64,000 nt of DNA. Origin: Orbicella franksi (lineage: Eukaryota). Below the pieces are notes generated by a model. The model made no database searches and was not told the DNA's origin. It saw nothing but the letters and a program-made list of their open reading frames with translations. Location: the NCBI GenBank assembly GCA_964199315.1, contig OZ116705.1:6014001-6078000 (forward strand), written 5' to 3'. Below are positions 13,401 to 23,769 of the stretch, in pieces. The position numbers and the translations under genes were made by a program. The number at the start of each line of letters is the position of its first letter. Position 1 is the stretch's first letter.

Positions 13401-14093
13401 CTACATCTAAATAAGTTTATAGCATTTGTCAGGCAGCTCTCTGGTTGAGCGCTGGTTAATCTAGACTAAAATAATTCTCGATCGGGTTAAGGTGGCTTAC
13501 TTCAGTTTTGATGGATTACAACAGCCCAACTTCTAACTCTTTTGAAAAATGTTCCAAGATGTAGACTGGGCACTAGTAGGTTAAATCACGTTTTAGGGAC
13601 ATAAGTTATGAAATTCCATGTTTCTCAAGCCATACATAAGTAAGATTATTGTTCCTTTCATGAACGCCCTTTTTAAAAGTTAGGAGGTTGTTATTCATTA
13701 ACTAGTGTGGCATGTGCGTGACCTGAAAAGGCCTAAATTTAAAGTCAGGTTGTGAAGTCCATTCACACGGTACATCAACAACAAAAAACATTTTTTTAGT
13801 GGAAGACCCATCAACAAAAAATCGCTAATCATAGCTGTTAGTGATAATTGCGTTACAAACCTTTTGGATCTTCAAACACAACCACAGCCATACCACTTTT
13901 TGGAATAAATTGTACTCTCTCCACAGGTCCCCACCTCTTCTTCGACTTTCAAAGTACAGTTCAATGGCATCACGCGTGGTAGTATCCGAAATACCACTGA
14001 CAACAATGCTCTTACAGGCAGGCACTTGTTCAATGGAAAACTTTGCTGAATCCAAGCCTCTTTCTTCGCCTTTGGTCTTGATTCTACTGAAAT
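1161..14093 (-). CDS. PARP14: PARP14-like gene copy A (exons 13861-14093, 7086-8761, 6431-6604, 3899-5933, 2211-2525, 1161-1441); 5'-truncated, frameshift in first visible exon
   Basis: Six exons with compatible phases (1-1,1-0,0-0,0-1,1-1,1-stop) encode RRM/NID, KH-like, three macrodomains, WWE and an ART domain. Confidence 0.85.
2211..2525 (-). CDS. PARP14: Copy A ART N-terminal exon
   Basis: GIPLPEYW...IERIQNPYLYQCY...RQLFHGT...GFNRSFCGAY; 315 nt as in copies B and C; donor is GCAAGT. Confidence 0.9.
3050..3235 (+). mobile_element. tRNA-derived SINE-like repeat
   Basis: A-box-like gatagctccgttggtagagc and B-box-like gggctcgaatccc followed by a non-tRNA tail; decayed relative at about 47255-47345. 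Confidence 0.7.
3521..3785. mobile_element. Palindromic MITE (fold-back, about 265 bp)
   Basis: gggtgtgtttctttaagaaaatccaagattggattc ... gaatccaatcttggattttcttaaagaaacgcaccc; a right half recurs at 782-860. Confidence 0.85.
3899..5933 (-). CDS. PARP14: Copy A exon: end of macro 1, macro 2, macro 3, KH-like, WWE
   Basis: Three SI(A/S)(F/I)PxxGTG motifs; VVPGDL and VINGDL macro starts; WWE-like IEWSY...FVIDLK; 2035 nt, phase 0-1. Confidence 0.9.
6190..6390 (-). mobile_element. Decayed tRNA-derived SINE (relatives at about 1870-1930, 21215-21340, 30460-30545, 32630-32830, 58790-58895, 60955-61160)
   Basis: Recurring gagagc(g/a)ctcgcct(c/t)ccaccaatgtggccc...gggttgagttt motif. Confidence 0.65.
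6431..6604 (-). CDS. PARP14: Copy A macro 1 core exon
   Basis: ADVLVSSVG...NHVVNTSCCQWNGGEGEA; ttgcag acceptor, GTAAGT donor, 174 nt, phase 0-0. Confidence 0.85.
7086..8761 (-). CDS. PARP14: Copy A large exon: RRM end, KH-like repeats, acidic linker, macro 1 start
   Basis: Open 581-aa ORF, clearly paralogous to 33587-35586 and 62026-63977; ttcacag acceptor, GTGAGT donor. Confidence 0.9.
8903..9536. mobile_element. Non-autonomous DNA transposon with TTAA TSD (Kolobok-like)
   Basis: TTAA|GGACGTTCGCGC ... GCGCGAACGTCC|TTAA. Confidence 0.8.
10085..10270 (+). mobile_element. 5S rRNA-derived SINE-like repeat
   Basis: ctaccac...caccgcgtctcgcccgc...aagttaagc...gcttggatgggttacc...gaataccccgtgatgta follows the 5S layout, then a non-5S tail. 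Confidence 0.65.
10990..11155. repeat. Imperfect palindromic repeat element
   Basis: tgtgaccgaggtcttgaaaatgctgccc...gggcagcattttcaagcccgaagtcaca; source of spurious ORFs on both strands. Confidence 0.75.
11369..12216 (+). mobile_element. PIF/Harbinger-like non-autonomous element carrying a SAP-domain fragment
   Basis: TAA|GGGACTGTGCAATAATTACCTGGA ... TCCAGGTAATTATTGCGCAGTCCC|TAA; internal LTNKQLKMYLTLKGLKISGSKAELIDRV. Confidence 0.75.
13861..14093 (-). pseudogene. PARP14: Copy A RRM/NID exon with 1-nt deletion
   Basis: DFSRIK...SIVVSGISD...AIELYFES; 233 nt versus 234 nt in copy B; G5 run reduced to G4 near 13930 shifts the frame. Confidence 0.8.
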
Positions 14094-14877
14094 CTAAGCG
14101 ATAAACCAACAGTTATCAGAATGAAAACACATGGAAATTTATGTCGCCTTCTTATATAAAAACATAGCTAATTTACAGTACAACTACAATTGTAAGAAGA
14201 AAATACAAACAAACTTCAGAAACTCATTAAATTTTGCTCGTTTTTGAAATATTCTCATGCACAAAACTTCCATTGAACAATGTTTGCTTGCAACGGACAT
14301 TGAAGTTGAACCGACTTAACAAAAATTTTCCCTGTAGAAAACACCCTTTATTTAAAGGTTAGGGGTTACACGAGTATGACCAGAGAAATAGGCAAAGCTG
14401 TTTCTCTAGACAAAATGGATAGTAACAGAGGACAACTGCAAAATTTTGCTTGTCGAAGACAAGAAACTATTGCATGTACTTAAAGTTAAGTAACATGTTC
14501 TTCAAAACTTACGTCCATCAAAACGTAAATGAAACCAAACATGCATCAACAGATCCTAATTTAGGGCTTCAGGAATAACTGGGTAAACAAACAGAGCCAA
14601 AGAAGAAGTTTCTGTTACCTTGATTCTCACCCATGCTAACGCACAGCAAATCGTCACATTACTACGAATACGGCTACAGTTACACAACAAGTGTTGTGAA
14701 GTTTCTTAATGATACAAAGAACCATAAAAAATCTAAACTCTGTTGTAGTCATATTTAGAGAGACTTTTCATTCATGAAGAACTAATGAGCAATAAAAAAT
14801 CGGTAGATTTTACCACTTCTGGTCATGTACTAAGTAACGAGTTAAAACATAAACAACAGGGTCAGTGTTCTAGCGAT

Positions 14878-14903
14878 TCAATTATTTGCATTAGGAAGCA
14901 AAC
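14878..14903 (-). CDS. Candidate terminal exon of the GT4-TRADD-N gene (GLLPNANN*)
   Basis: Strong acceptor (ttttccttttggccttctccgagatctattcttag); phase-1 reading reaches TGA; minus-strand AATAAA near 14350. Confidence 0.35.
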
Positions 14904-16344
14904 CTAAGAATAGATCTCGGAGAAGGCCAAAAGGAAAATATAATCTAGTAGCACGCTGAAGATGAACGTCTTGTGTTGTTCCAGGTATTATTTTACATAA
15001 ACAAAGCCATCTTTGAATAGAAGACAGGAATTATCGATTGTTTATCAATTTTTGCCAATCGATAAAGAGATTTTTCTGTGAGTTATCGATTGTTATCGAT
15101 TGCTGATATCAATCGATAGCAATAAGCGATTGATATCGATTGATTTCCAATGTCGATTTTTATCGATTGACTATGCCTGGCGATCTTGAACGCATGACAA
15201 ATGGCAAGCGAACAATTTTTAGCCGTGTGAACAAATACCCATTGGTGTGCTTTTTGGCGTGAGAGGTCAAAATTGTATTTTTACAAAGAGGTAAAATTTA
15301 AGATTTACAGTTGTCGAATTGAATGTCTATTCAAGAATAAATAACGTGACCGCGTCAACATGACGTGACCGGTCAACATGACTGGCGAGTGAAGTTTTTG
15401 GCCGGTCAAGTCACCATTCTGGCCGGACATTGTCCGTTCACCGGCCATTATTTTGCGCCCTGCTGCTTGTTATTGGTGGATTCAGAGACTTGCAAGTTAT
15501 TTGGAACATTAAAGAATTTGATAAAAGGGGTTAATTTACAGGGCACTTGCATCTTAAACTAATCTTAGATTCATTTGCACTGGTTCATCACAAATACATT
15601 GTACTATAAATACTATAATATGAAGCAATAATATCAGCACCCATTGTTTGAGAAAAAAATTGTACAAGAGCACATGATACATTAATTTTTAGGCGGAAAT
15701 GGGTTAAGAAACACATTTTATTTCTAAGATTGCTTATTACATGTAGCTTAAGGAATGTGTTTTTTTGCAGTTGAGCAGAATTTTTGACACTCGCTAAAGT
15801 GGTGTTCTTTTATTCATTTCCTTTTAGATAACATCTATCTTGTACTGTACAGGGTAGGTCTCTACTTGCATTCAGTACTGCATAACAAAGGAATCTCAAG
15901 TATGAGCCCGGGGGAGGGGAGTACTCTACAAAATGACAGATTTCCCCACCCTCTCATATATCTCAACTTGTGAATTCCCTACCCCTTGATATACCTGAAG
16001 CCTGAAAAACAATTACCCCTTTTGGGCAGAGCCTCCCCCTATACAGTAGGCCTTTGTAGGGAGTACCCCCCACCCCACTGGAGTATGAGCAGCTAATTAT
16101 CTATTATGACAACTCAAGGCTGTGGTCTGAGAAAAACTATGAGGAGCCCAAAGGTTCCTAGCCATGAAATCCTGGGTGCCCAGTTCTTAAGCTAATATGA
16201 ATTTAAAAGTAACTTTTTCCATTCCCCCAAGGGCAAAAGTTAGTCACCTGTGGCATTTGGGCACTTCTAGAGCACAGCCCTGGAACTTGTGGGAAAAAAA
16301 AAAACTTTTTTTAAACTGGTTTTTACACATATACATGCACATAC

Positions 16345-16500
16345 CTTCATTATCTGATACTGAGTCATCTTTATCATCTGTTTCACCTGTTTTGGTCAGA
16401 TCATCATCATTATCATCATCATCATCATCATCATCATCAACATCATCATCATCAACATCATCATCATCTTCAACAGGTTTAGCTACACTTTCACATGGAT
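16345..16500 (-). CDS. Asp-rich exon
   Basis: Acceptor ctttatttttaaag, reads [20 protein letters not shown]...DSVSDNE, donor GAAG|GTATGT; 156 nt, phase 1-1. Confidence 0.65.
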
Positions 16501-19152
16501 CTTTAAAAATAAAGACAGACTGTTTAGTTCTCTATGAAGTAATCAATGTACATGAATACACATGTACTCTGACTTACAGAAGAATCTTTGTTTACAATAT
16601 TTGCGTCATTAGCAAAAGCGATTCAGTTTCTGATGGAGCTACAAAACCATTGGTTCTGAATATTGAAAGAGCATAGCATGATTACCTGTGCCAAGGAATT
16701 GGAGACTGATGCATTGAATACCTTTTGTGCGGCACAGGTTTAAAAACTCAAAATTTTACAAATGTATGAGCTCATTAGTGCTATTGCCACCCAGAAATTT
16801 AACAGTTTTTGAAAGCCAATTTCTCCTTGAATATTACATCCAAAGAGCCAAAACTTTCACCAATTACTGAGTTTCACAAACTCTTTAAATGCTTGTAGTC
16901 AATTCATGTCTAGTGTGATGCAAAGTCATATGTTAATGAGAAAAAAATGTAAGCAATGACGTCAGCAAAGATTTGCTTATTTAACAAAGTTCTGCATTTG
17001 TTATGCTACATGTACATGTCCATGTAACATGTGGTATTTTGAGATATAATGCCTATTATTGTTGCTTTATTTGAACCAAGAAACTAGGCACATGTAGAAT
17101 ATGAAGTTTGTTTTTCCCTCTTAACCGATTTTTTTTTTTATCTTAATGGTCGGAGGAGCCTGAGTCTTCTCCTGACATTGTGCATTCCTGAGTAATTTAA
17201 CTAAAACATTTTTAAAACTATTTACCTTCTGCTGGATCTTTCTCAAAGTACATCTTGCATGCCATATACTCCTCCTCTGAGATTGTTGTTTGTAGATTCA
17301 ACTCTGCAAGGCTCAGTTTTTTCAAGATCTCTTCTGTAACAAAACATCTTTGAACAACTTCACCAAGATGACCAGATGAATAATCTTCCCACAATATCTC
17401 CAGGATCTCAAGTGAATCACACTTCATGGTTATCAGCAAACTTCCTAACTTAACACCTGTGATAACAACTCGCATTTCTTTCAGGTACGTCAAAAACTCA
17501 TCACGATCAGCCTTGCAACTTGGAGGTGTAGTCTGCATGTAGTTTGAAGCAAGTAAACGTAAGACCTCTTCTTCTGTAGGAATGGGACTTATTGGTGCTT
17601 GGGGAGCTTCAGCACCTGTACATGAAGGCTGGGTAGGGCCTGATGACACAGGTGCCACAGATGCCTCCTGGTGCCCACCATTTTGAGACCCTCCCAATTC
17701 TACTGTTGAAAAATCCTGTGTGTTGTGTTCTGTAGGTGTCATGGTTTCCACATCAATCCTTAATTTCAAAGCTGTCAAATTGGAACAAATTTTCAAATAT
17801 TTACTAGTATTCTGTATTTAGTTTTAAACTTTTACAACATGTACATGTATTGTTATACTATTTACATGTCCATGTACATGTGCTATGTAGTTAATGCTTC
17901 TTCCCACTTGTAAGTCAAACTTCTCTTTAGATGAAGTGCAATGAAATCATCTGTCACAATGTTTTTGAAAGTGGAATGCAACATTGCAAGCTTTGGGAAT
18001 TCCTAGTAAAGGTTTTAGGCACATTCCTGGGTATGGATGGATGGATGGATGGATGGATGGATGGATGGATGGACGGACGGACGGATATACCATGCCACAA
18101 ATTTTAACAAGCGCTACAGAAACCACACAGCATCCTTTTGACACCAAAGCAAAAGAAACGAAACTGAACTGTCTAAACACATTTGGTTACTCAAAGATAA
18201 CAACAAACCTTTTACCATCAAGTGGAGAATCATTAAGAAGTGCAGACCTTATAACAACATTAGCAACAAATGTAATTTATGTAGTTTTGAGAAGTTTGCA
18301 ATCATCTGTAAGAAGAATTTGTGAAGCCTAAACAGGTGAAACGAATTAGCAAGTTCATGCCCCCACAGAAACAGATACCTACTCAAGAACTTTGTGATCA
18401 AGTATTGCAATCTTTTTGTTACACATTATTTGTTTTACACTCCATAGCAACTCTCGCATCTGTTTTTGCATCTCATAGCAACCTTAGCTTTTAATTGCCA
18501 GTTCTTGTAATTTAACGGTCATTCATTGATATTGCCTGATGAGTGTGGTCATTCTTTATCAGTTTGTCCATACAAAAGAGCATTGTCGCAATAAAACGAT
18601 GAATTGAAAACTTGCTACCATTGACCATTATGTATATAACTTTATATCATTTCATATTTCAAATTTTACTATTACAATTTTATTTACTAAAATGTCCATT
18701 TTATTTAATGCTCATTTATATTTTGTTATTGTTGTCGTGCAATTTATACATGAGCCCCTAGCTCAGATACTGAGGGCAACCTCTTCTAAAGCATGACATT
18801 AATAAATTGATTGATTGACTGATTGATTGGTTAGTTGGTTGGTTGGTTGGTTGGTTGGTTGATTGATTGATTGATTGATTGAGTGAGTGAATGAGTGAGT
18901 GATACAACAAGGAGTCTACTGTACTTGTCAGGTGTCAAGAGAATTGAGCAAATAATGCATGATCAATGATATTTTTTTGGCCCTATATCCCACCAGGGAG
19001 CCAGATAAAATTGAATCATCTGGACAAAAGATTCTCCCAGCTGGCAATTCCTCAAATGAAGGGAACCAGTGATGAGGACTGGTGAAAATTTTTGTTAAAT
19101 TCTCTATGAACTACATGAGTGTGTCAATGGGGTATAGCTCTAGTCAGTAAAC

Positions 19153-19186
<34 letters not shown>

Positions 19187-22100
19187 ATTTAGTCAGTAAA
19201 CTGTTTAAAAAAAAATGGATTTAGTCAGTAAACAGTGAAAAAGGAGATTTGTCAGTTAACTTGTACGATTTTATTACTTTTATGGGCTGTAGATGACCTC
19301 CACTTGTAAAATAAGTCATGACTGAAACAAAATCAGTTTTTCAATTAATGAAAATATGACATGATTTTTTTCACAGTATTGCACAATTAGTATTCTGCTG
19401 TGGACTCCTACATCCGCACACGATTTTCAAGACTACAGTATTATGACCATTAATTTCATAGCCAGACAATCACACTGAACACTAACAATAATTTCTGTAA
19501 TAATGCGTTCCTGAGTGTGGTCCAAGTGTGGCCGACCTCGCGAAGCAACACAATTTGGGCTCAAAGCAATTTATTCCAAACTCCCTAGCTTTCTCTTTCG
19601 CACTCTCTACTTGTATGTTTCATTTTTGAAGTTATTGAGGCTGCTTAAGTCACCTTGAAAAGAAATTCTTGAGCAAAATCATTTGAAAACTTTGCGGAAC
19701 TTTGGTAAAAAGTAATTACAGTAAAACCTGTATTAAGCAGACACCTCATTAGTGTGTGCTTAATAAAGGGTGTCCACTTTAAACAGGTTCTGATATATTG
19801 TCCAATAATAGCTCATTATTATTACCCTTTTGAAATCATCACGTTTATTGACAACTGCATGTCACCTCATATCAATTGATAATTTAACGGTGGCTGAACA
19901 CAGTTTTCACGTGCGCTTTCGCTGATGCAATTCAGGGCGCACACAAAGATTGCGAAAAACAAGCATGCTGTCAATAGAGTGATCATTTTATTTACTGAAC
20001 ACCCGCAATATCTGTGCTATTTTTCTCTATAATTAAACGCAGTGTATTGATGGCTTTAGTCTTTTATTACAAAGATATGTTAGAAGAGGTAATGATGCAA
20101 AGAACCCAGCAATTCTCAGCTTTTTCTTTGTTACCAAAAGAACCCAGTTAAATGCAGCGCATGCATAGTAAGTCAAAAAATTGCGATTGAATGAAAAATT
20201 GCACTCTCGGAAATACGCCTATTCCTTGAGAACCACTCATTAGAATTTCACGAAATTTGGCACGAAAATACTTTAGGAAATAAGCAACTAGAGTATTGAA
20301 AATAATTGAACTTTAACAAAGGAAATTCTAGATATTCCAGTGAACCTTCAACAACGGATAATTAAAGATCTCTCTGTTAAATTATTAGCAAAATGGTGTT
20401 AACTTGTGAGAATTGTTACAAGCTTCTTGCATGCAAATTATAAAGCAAATCTAATGACTAGATTTTCGACAAATAAACAAAACTGATTTTAAAGGCCTGT
20501 TTATATTTATTCATTTTGCCATGGCAATGGCACATATGTCAACTTAACCATCAAAAAACCAAAGTTTGTGTTGTTAACTTGCTTGTTGCCATTTTTGGCG
20601 AATGAAGGATCAAGGGTTTTAGAGGAAATGGTGAATGAAACACAGGTATCAAAAACTGTGTTCAGCCACCTTAACCCGGATTTTCCCTCTACACTGTCTT
20701 CTTTTTTCCTCGCCTATTGAACTAACAAAAGGCCCCTGCCTGATTGCAGGGTATTGAAAATTTGCAATCAGTATTTTCTAACTGTAAGTACTAAGTCCAT
20801 AAAAATGCAGTATAGTGTACAGAAATTCGTAAAACTGGGGCCATAAAGAGGACAGAGTATATGGACCAAAGACTGCTCATAAAACAATGTCCAGTCAGTC
20901 AATGCATCAGTCTAGAATATTCAGAGCAACTTCAGAATACCCAGCCACTTTATTTACATGTGCCGGTGTGCTTTGAAGAATGAGGTATATAACAATAGTT
21001 GCTATTCTTATTCAATGAGATGCTAATAAGTGGCTGGGTATTCTGGAGTTAAGCTGAATATTCTCCTAATAAATAGCTTTAAAACAACATCACTGAACAA
21101 TGTTAAAGGAGTCTGAGACCACTATTAAAGATAAACAGCCCTTGAAGTGTCCACTTAATACAGGCTTTGTGCAACAAAATGGCTTAATATTGGTGTCCGT
21201 GTTCACGTCTGGAGAACCCGGAAGAAAACCCTTGGAGCAAGGGAAGAACAAACAAGAAACTCAACCCATATGACACCGGGCCTGAAATGAACAGGGCCAC
21301 ATTGGTGGGAGGCGAGTGCACTCACTAATGCGCCAACCCAATGGATTATCCATATGGCTTTGTTTTTATTTTTTATGTTTACTTTTTACTTCATTCCTAT
21401 TTATTTATGTTGTAACTGGCCATTAAATTTTGAGTAAATAAATAAATAAATAAATATTGAATAAATAAATATTGAAAAATATGATAAAAACTCCTGCCAT
21501 GGTGTGGAATTTTCAAAACCTTGACTTAAAGGTTCATCAAACCTTGAGCATGTGGCTGTTATGCGAAAAACCTTAGAAAGCCAGACATTTTACACTGCTG
21601 TGATTAACATGTTGCTGTGTAGCTACATGTACATGTACCTACAAAAAGCAATGGTAGAACGATCATGACTAAAACACCACACGAGTACATACGAGTAACA
21701 TACGAGTAAATATAAGTAACATACGAGAACATACGACTACATATGAGTAACATACGAGTACATACAGACACATATGGTAATAAACAGGTTATATACGAAT
21801 ACATTGGAGCAACATAAGATAGCAGGAGGGTAGTAAACATGAAATGTACCATTTTTATCTTTATATTTCATTTTTACATGTGCACGGGGTATGTTTTACG
21901 CACACACACGAGGGTGCGCAAGTGTTACACATGTGTGCATACCACACATATGGGCCTGTGCCACATACATACATTCTCCAAGGCTTAGCATGTTACTTGT
22001 ATGCACTCCTATGTACTCGTATGTACTTGTATATACTCGTATGTACTCTTATATACTCATATGTTACTTGTATGTACTTGTGTGGTATTTTAGTCATGAT

Positions 22101-23369
22101 CATGGTGGAACTGGGAGGCTTTAAGTAAGTAAACATACCATTTAAGCTTTCTACTAAACCCTGGATCATCCTGTTGAATCTCTGACATTCATTGCTCCAG
22201 GGGTAAGTTTTACTGTAGTTGTCTCTGAGTAGCTTGGCATTGTTTTCTCTCTCTTCTGGACTTTGCCTGGACAGTTGTTGGATCCTTTGAGCCCACTCTT
22301 CAGGGTCATCTGATTCAATGATGACAGACTTTCCACCTTCTACTTCAAGTAAAGCTTCAGCTATTCCAGTTTCACCAGCAACAAGAACAGGAATACTAGC
22401 AGAAATTGCTTCCAGGGCAACCAACCCAAACCCTTCAGTGCGTGAAGGGAGGACAATGATGTCTGATGCATAGTACATCATCTTAAGTTCATCTTGCTCA
22501 GTGCAATAACCACGGACTGTTATTTGGTTAAGGCTTATGCTTGTGTTGTCAAGAAACCATTGTCTTATTTTTGTGTGTTCACCAGGAGATGAGCCAACAA
22601 ATGTCAGCTCAAACATTTTGCCAAGGGATCCTATGGCATCTGCAACAATGTCATAACCTTTGAGGGTAAGATCTTCAAAGCTAGCCCGTCCAAACATAAA
22701 GACATTGAACTTCTTCTTTACCACATGTAATCTGTCTTTGACCAGCTGTGATGACTCATTTGAAAACTTTTCAAAAATCCCAGGAGTGATGATCTCCACC
22801 TTAACATGTGGAAGACAATTGCTGTATTTCTGTTGTAGCCGTGATCCAACTGCGACAACAACATCAGCTACTTTGCACAGATCAATTTCACGTTTATGTT
22901 TCTTCTCATTCTCTTCGATTGTATCCACTGCAGCACTCTGCGTTGCTTTGAACTTTCCAAGGTCTTCACAGAACACATGGACAAAATGTATCCACTTGCA
23001 CTTTGCACTTTGGACGATACAATAGGCAGGGGTACCAAACTTTCTTCCGTGGCCTACAACAATGTCCAGATTCGGAAGTTCCGGTGGTGGAATTTTCAAC
23101 GAATCAAGAGGAACAACGGATCCAGGGATACTCCGAGCAGTGATCAAGTTAACTCCATGTTGCCTGGCATCTTCTCTGCTCAGTTCATCGCTTTGAGAGA
23201 CGTAGCAGTGAACTTTGATGCTGTCGCTTGTAGTTTTTGCCAAATTTACAGCAAATTCTCTGTTGAAAGTGGACAGACCACCTTTAGAAGACTTCCACTC
23301 GTCGCAGAGAAACATGACATTATAAATAGTTGGCCTACTTGCTGCACTCGAAGTTTGTCCGCTTGCCAT
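16345..23369 (-). CDS. GT4 (GT-B, MshA-like) glycosyltransferase - TRADD-N-like - acidic protein (exons 22139-23369, 17226-17771, 16345-16500; 3' end uncertain)
   Basis: ATG at 23369; three exons with GT..AG boundaries, each ending in phase 1 and joining in frame. Additional small exons between 17772 and 22138 are not excluded. Confidence 0.75.
17226..17771 (-). CDS. TRADD-N-like domain exon
   Basis: [54 protein letters not shown] matches the invertebrate TRADD-N-like pattern; 546 nt, phase 1-1. Confidence 0.75.
18033..18085. repeat. (GGAT)n/(GGAC)n microsatellite
   Basis: Direct reading. Confidence 0.9.
18101..18597 (+). mobile_element. Penelope-like retroelement 3' remnant (GIY-YIG endonuclease C-terminus plus terminal region)
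   Basis: [49 protein letters not shown]...[12 protein letters not shown]...[15 protein letters not shown] with three in-frame TGA stops. Confidence 0.8.
18530..18593 (+). ncRNA. Degenerate type I hammerhead ribozyme motif
   Basis: Stem I tattgc/gcaata, core CTGATGA, stem II gtgtgg/ccatac, GTC cleavage triplet; the GAAA core reads AAAA. Confidence 0.55.
18808..18902. repeat. Compound tetranucleotide microsatellite (GATT/GGTT/GAGT)
   Basis: Direct reading. Confidence 0.85.
21661..22101. mobile_element. Inverted-repeat element with internal degenerate tacgagta(a)ca arrays
   Basis: gatcatgactaaaacaccacacgagtacatacgagtaacat / atgttacttgtatgtacttgtgtggtattttagtcatgatc. Confidence 0.7.
22139..23369 (-). 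CDS. GT4 glycosyltransferase domain exon
   Basis: [17 protein letters not shown]-terminal loop, [18 protein letters not shown], and [14 protein letters not shown] (intact E-x7-E); donor AATG|GTATGT. Confidence 0.9.
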
Positions 23370-23769
23370 TATACGCACTAAAGAGCTTCCTTTCAGTAGT
23401 TAATGTCTCCTACTTCACTGAAGAGCATTTTATTCGTAAATTCCCAGAGCTACATGCAGATCGCCTTCGATGTCTTTGGGTGATTTAGTTCCTTATTGAG
23501 CCCTCGAGCTACTGACTCAGCGGTTCATATAAGTAATCAACTAAATGAATAGTGTAAGAACCGTATAGTGACTTACTATAACTGGCCTATGTCTCGTCCG
23601 CACATTTTTCCACACTTGTCTAGTACAAAAGAATTAAAATGGCGGCGCGACAGCATATGTTTAAGTACTTATCCGATGTACTAAATTTCTGTCCCTGATC
23701 CGTAGTGATTGATCTTGTATTTTCATTCTCATATACTATCGGCCGTGGCATTTTTATTACCCCAGACAA

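Noticed and set aside
14619-14634. ATG GGT GAG AAT CAA G|GTAACA as a new phase-1 first exon for copy A
   Set aside because: Only five codons with a moderate donor and no supporting promoter; such matches arise by chance. Worth a glance in RNA-seq only.
18980-19078. Possible extra exon of the GT4 gene after acceptor ttttcaccag
   Set aside because: No convincing in-phase donor or recognisable peptide.
21660-22080. CRISPR-like or regularly spaced array
   Set aside because: Degenerate simple repeats inside a TIR element, with no constant repeat and unique spacers; eukaryotic context.
22660-23381. Plus-strand ORFs antisense to the GT4 exon, and similar ORFs opposite the PARP14 exons (e.g. 7606-8064, 34359-34883, 62750-63220)
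   Set aside because: Antisense shadows of real coding exons with no recognisable motifs.
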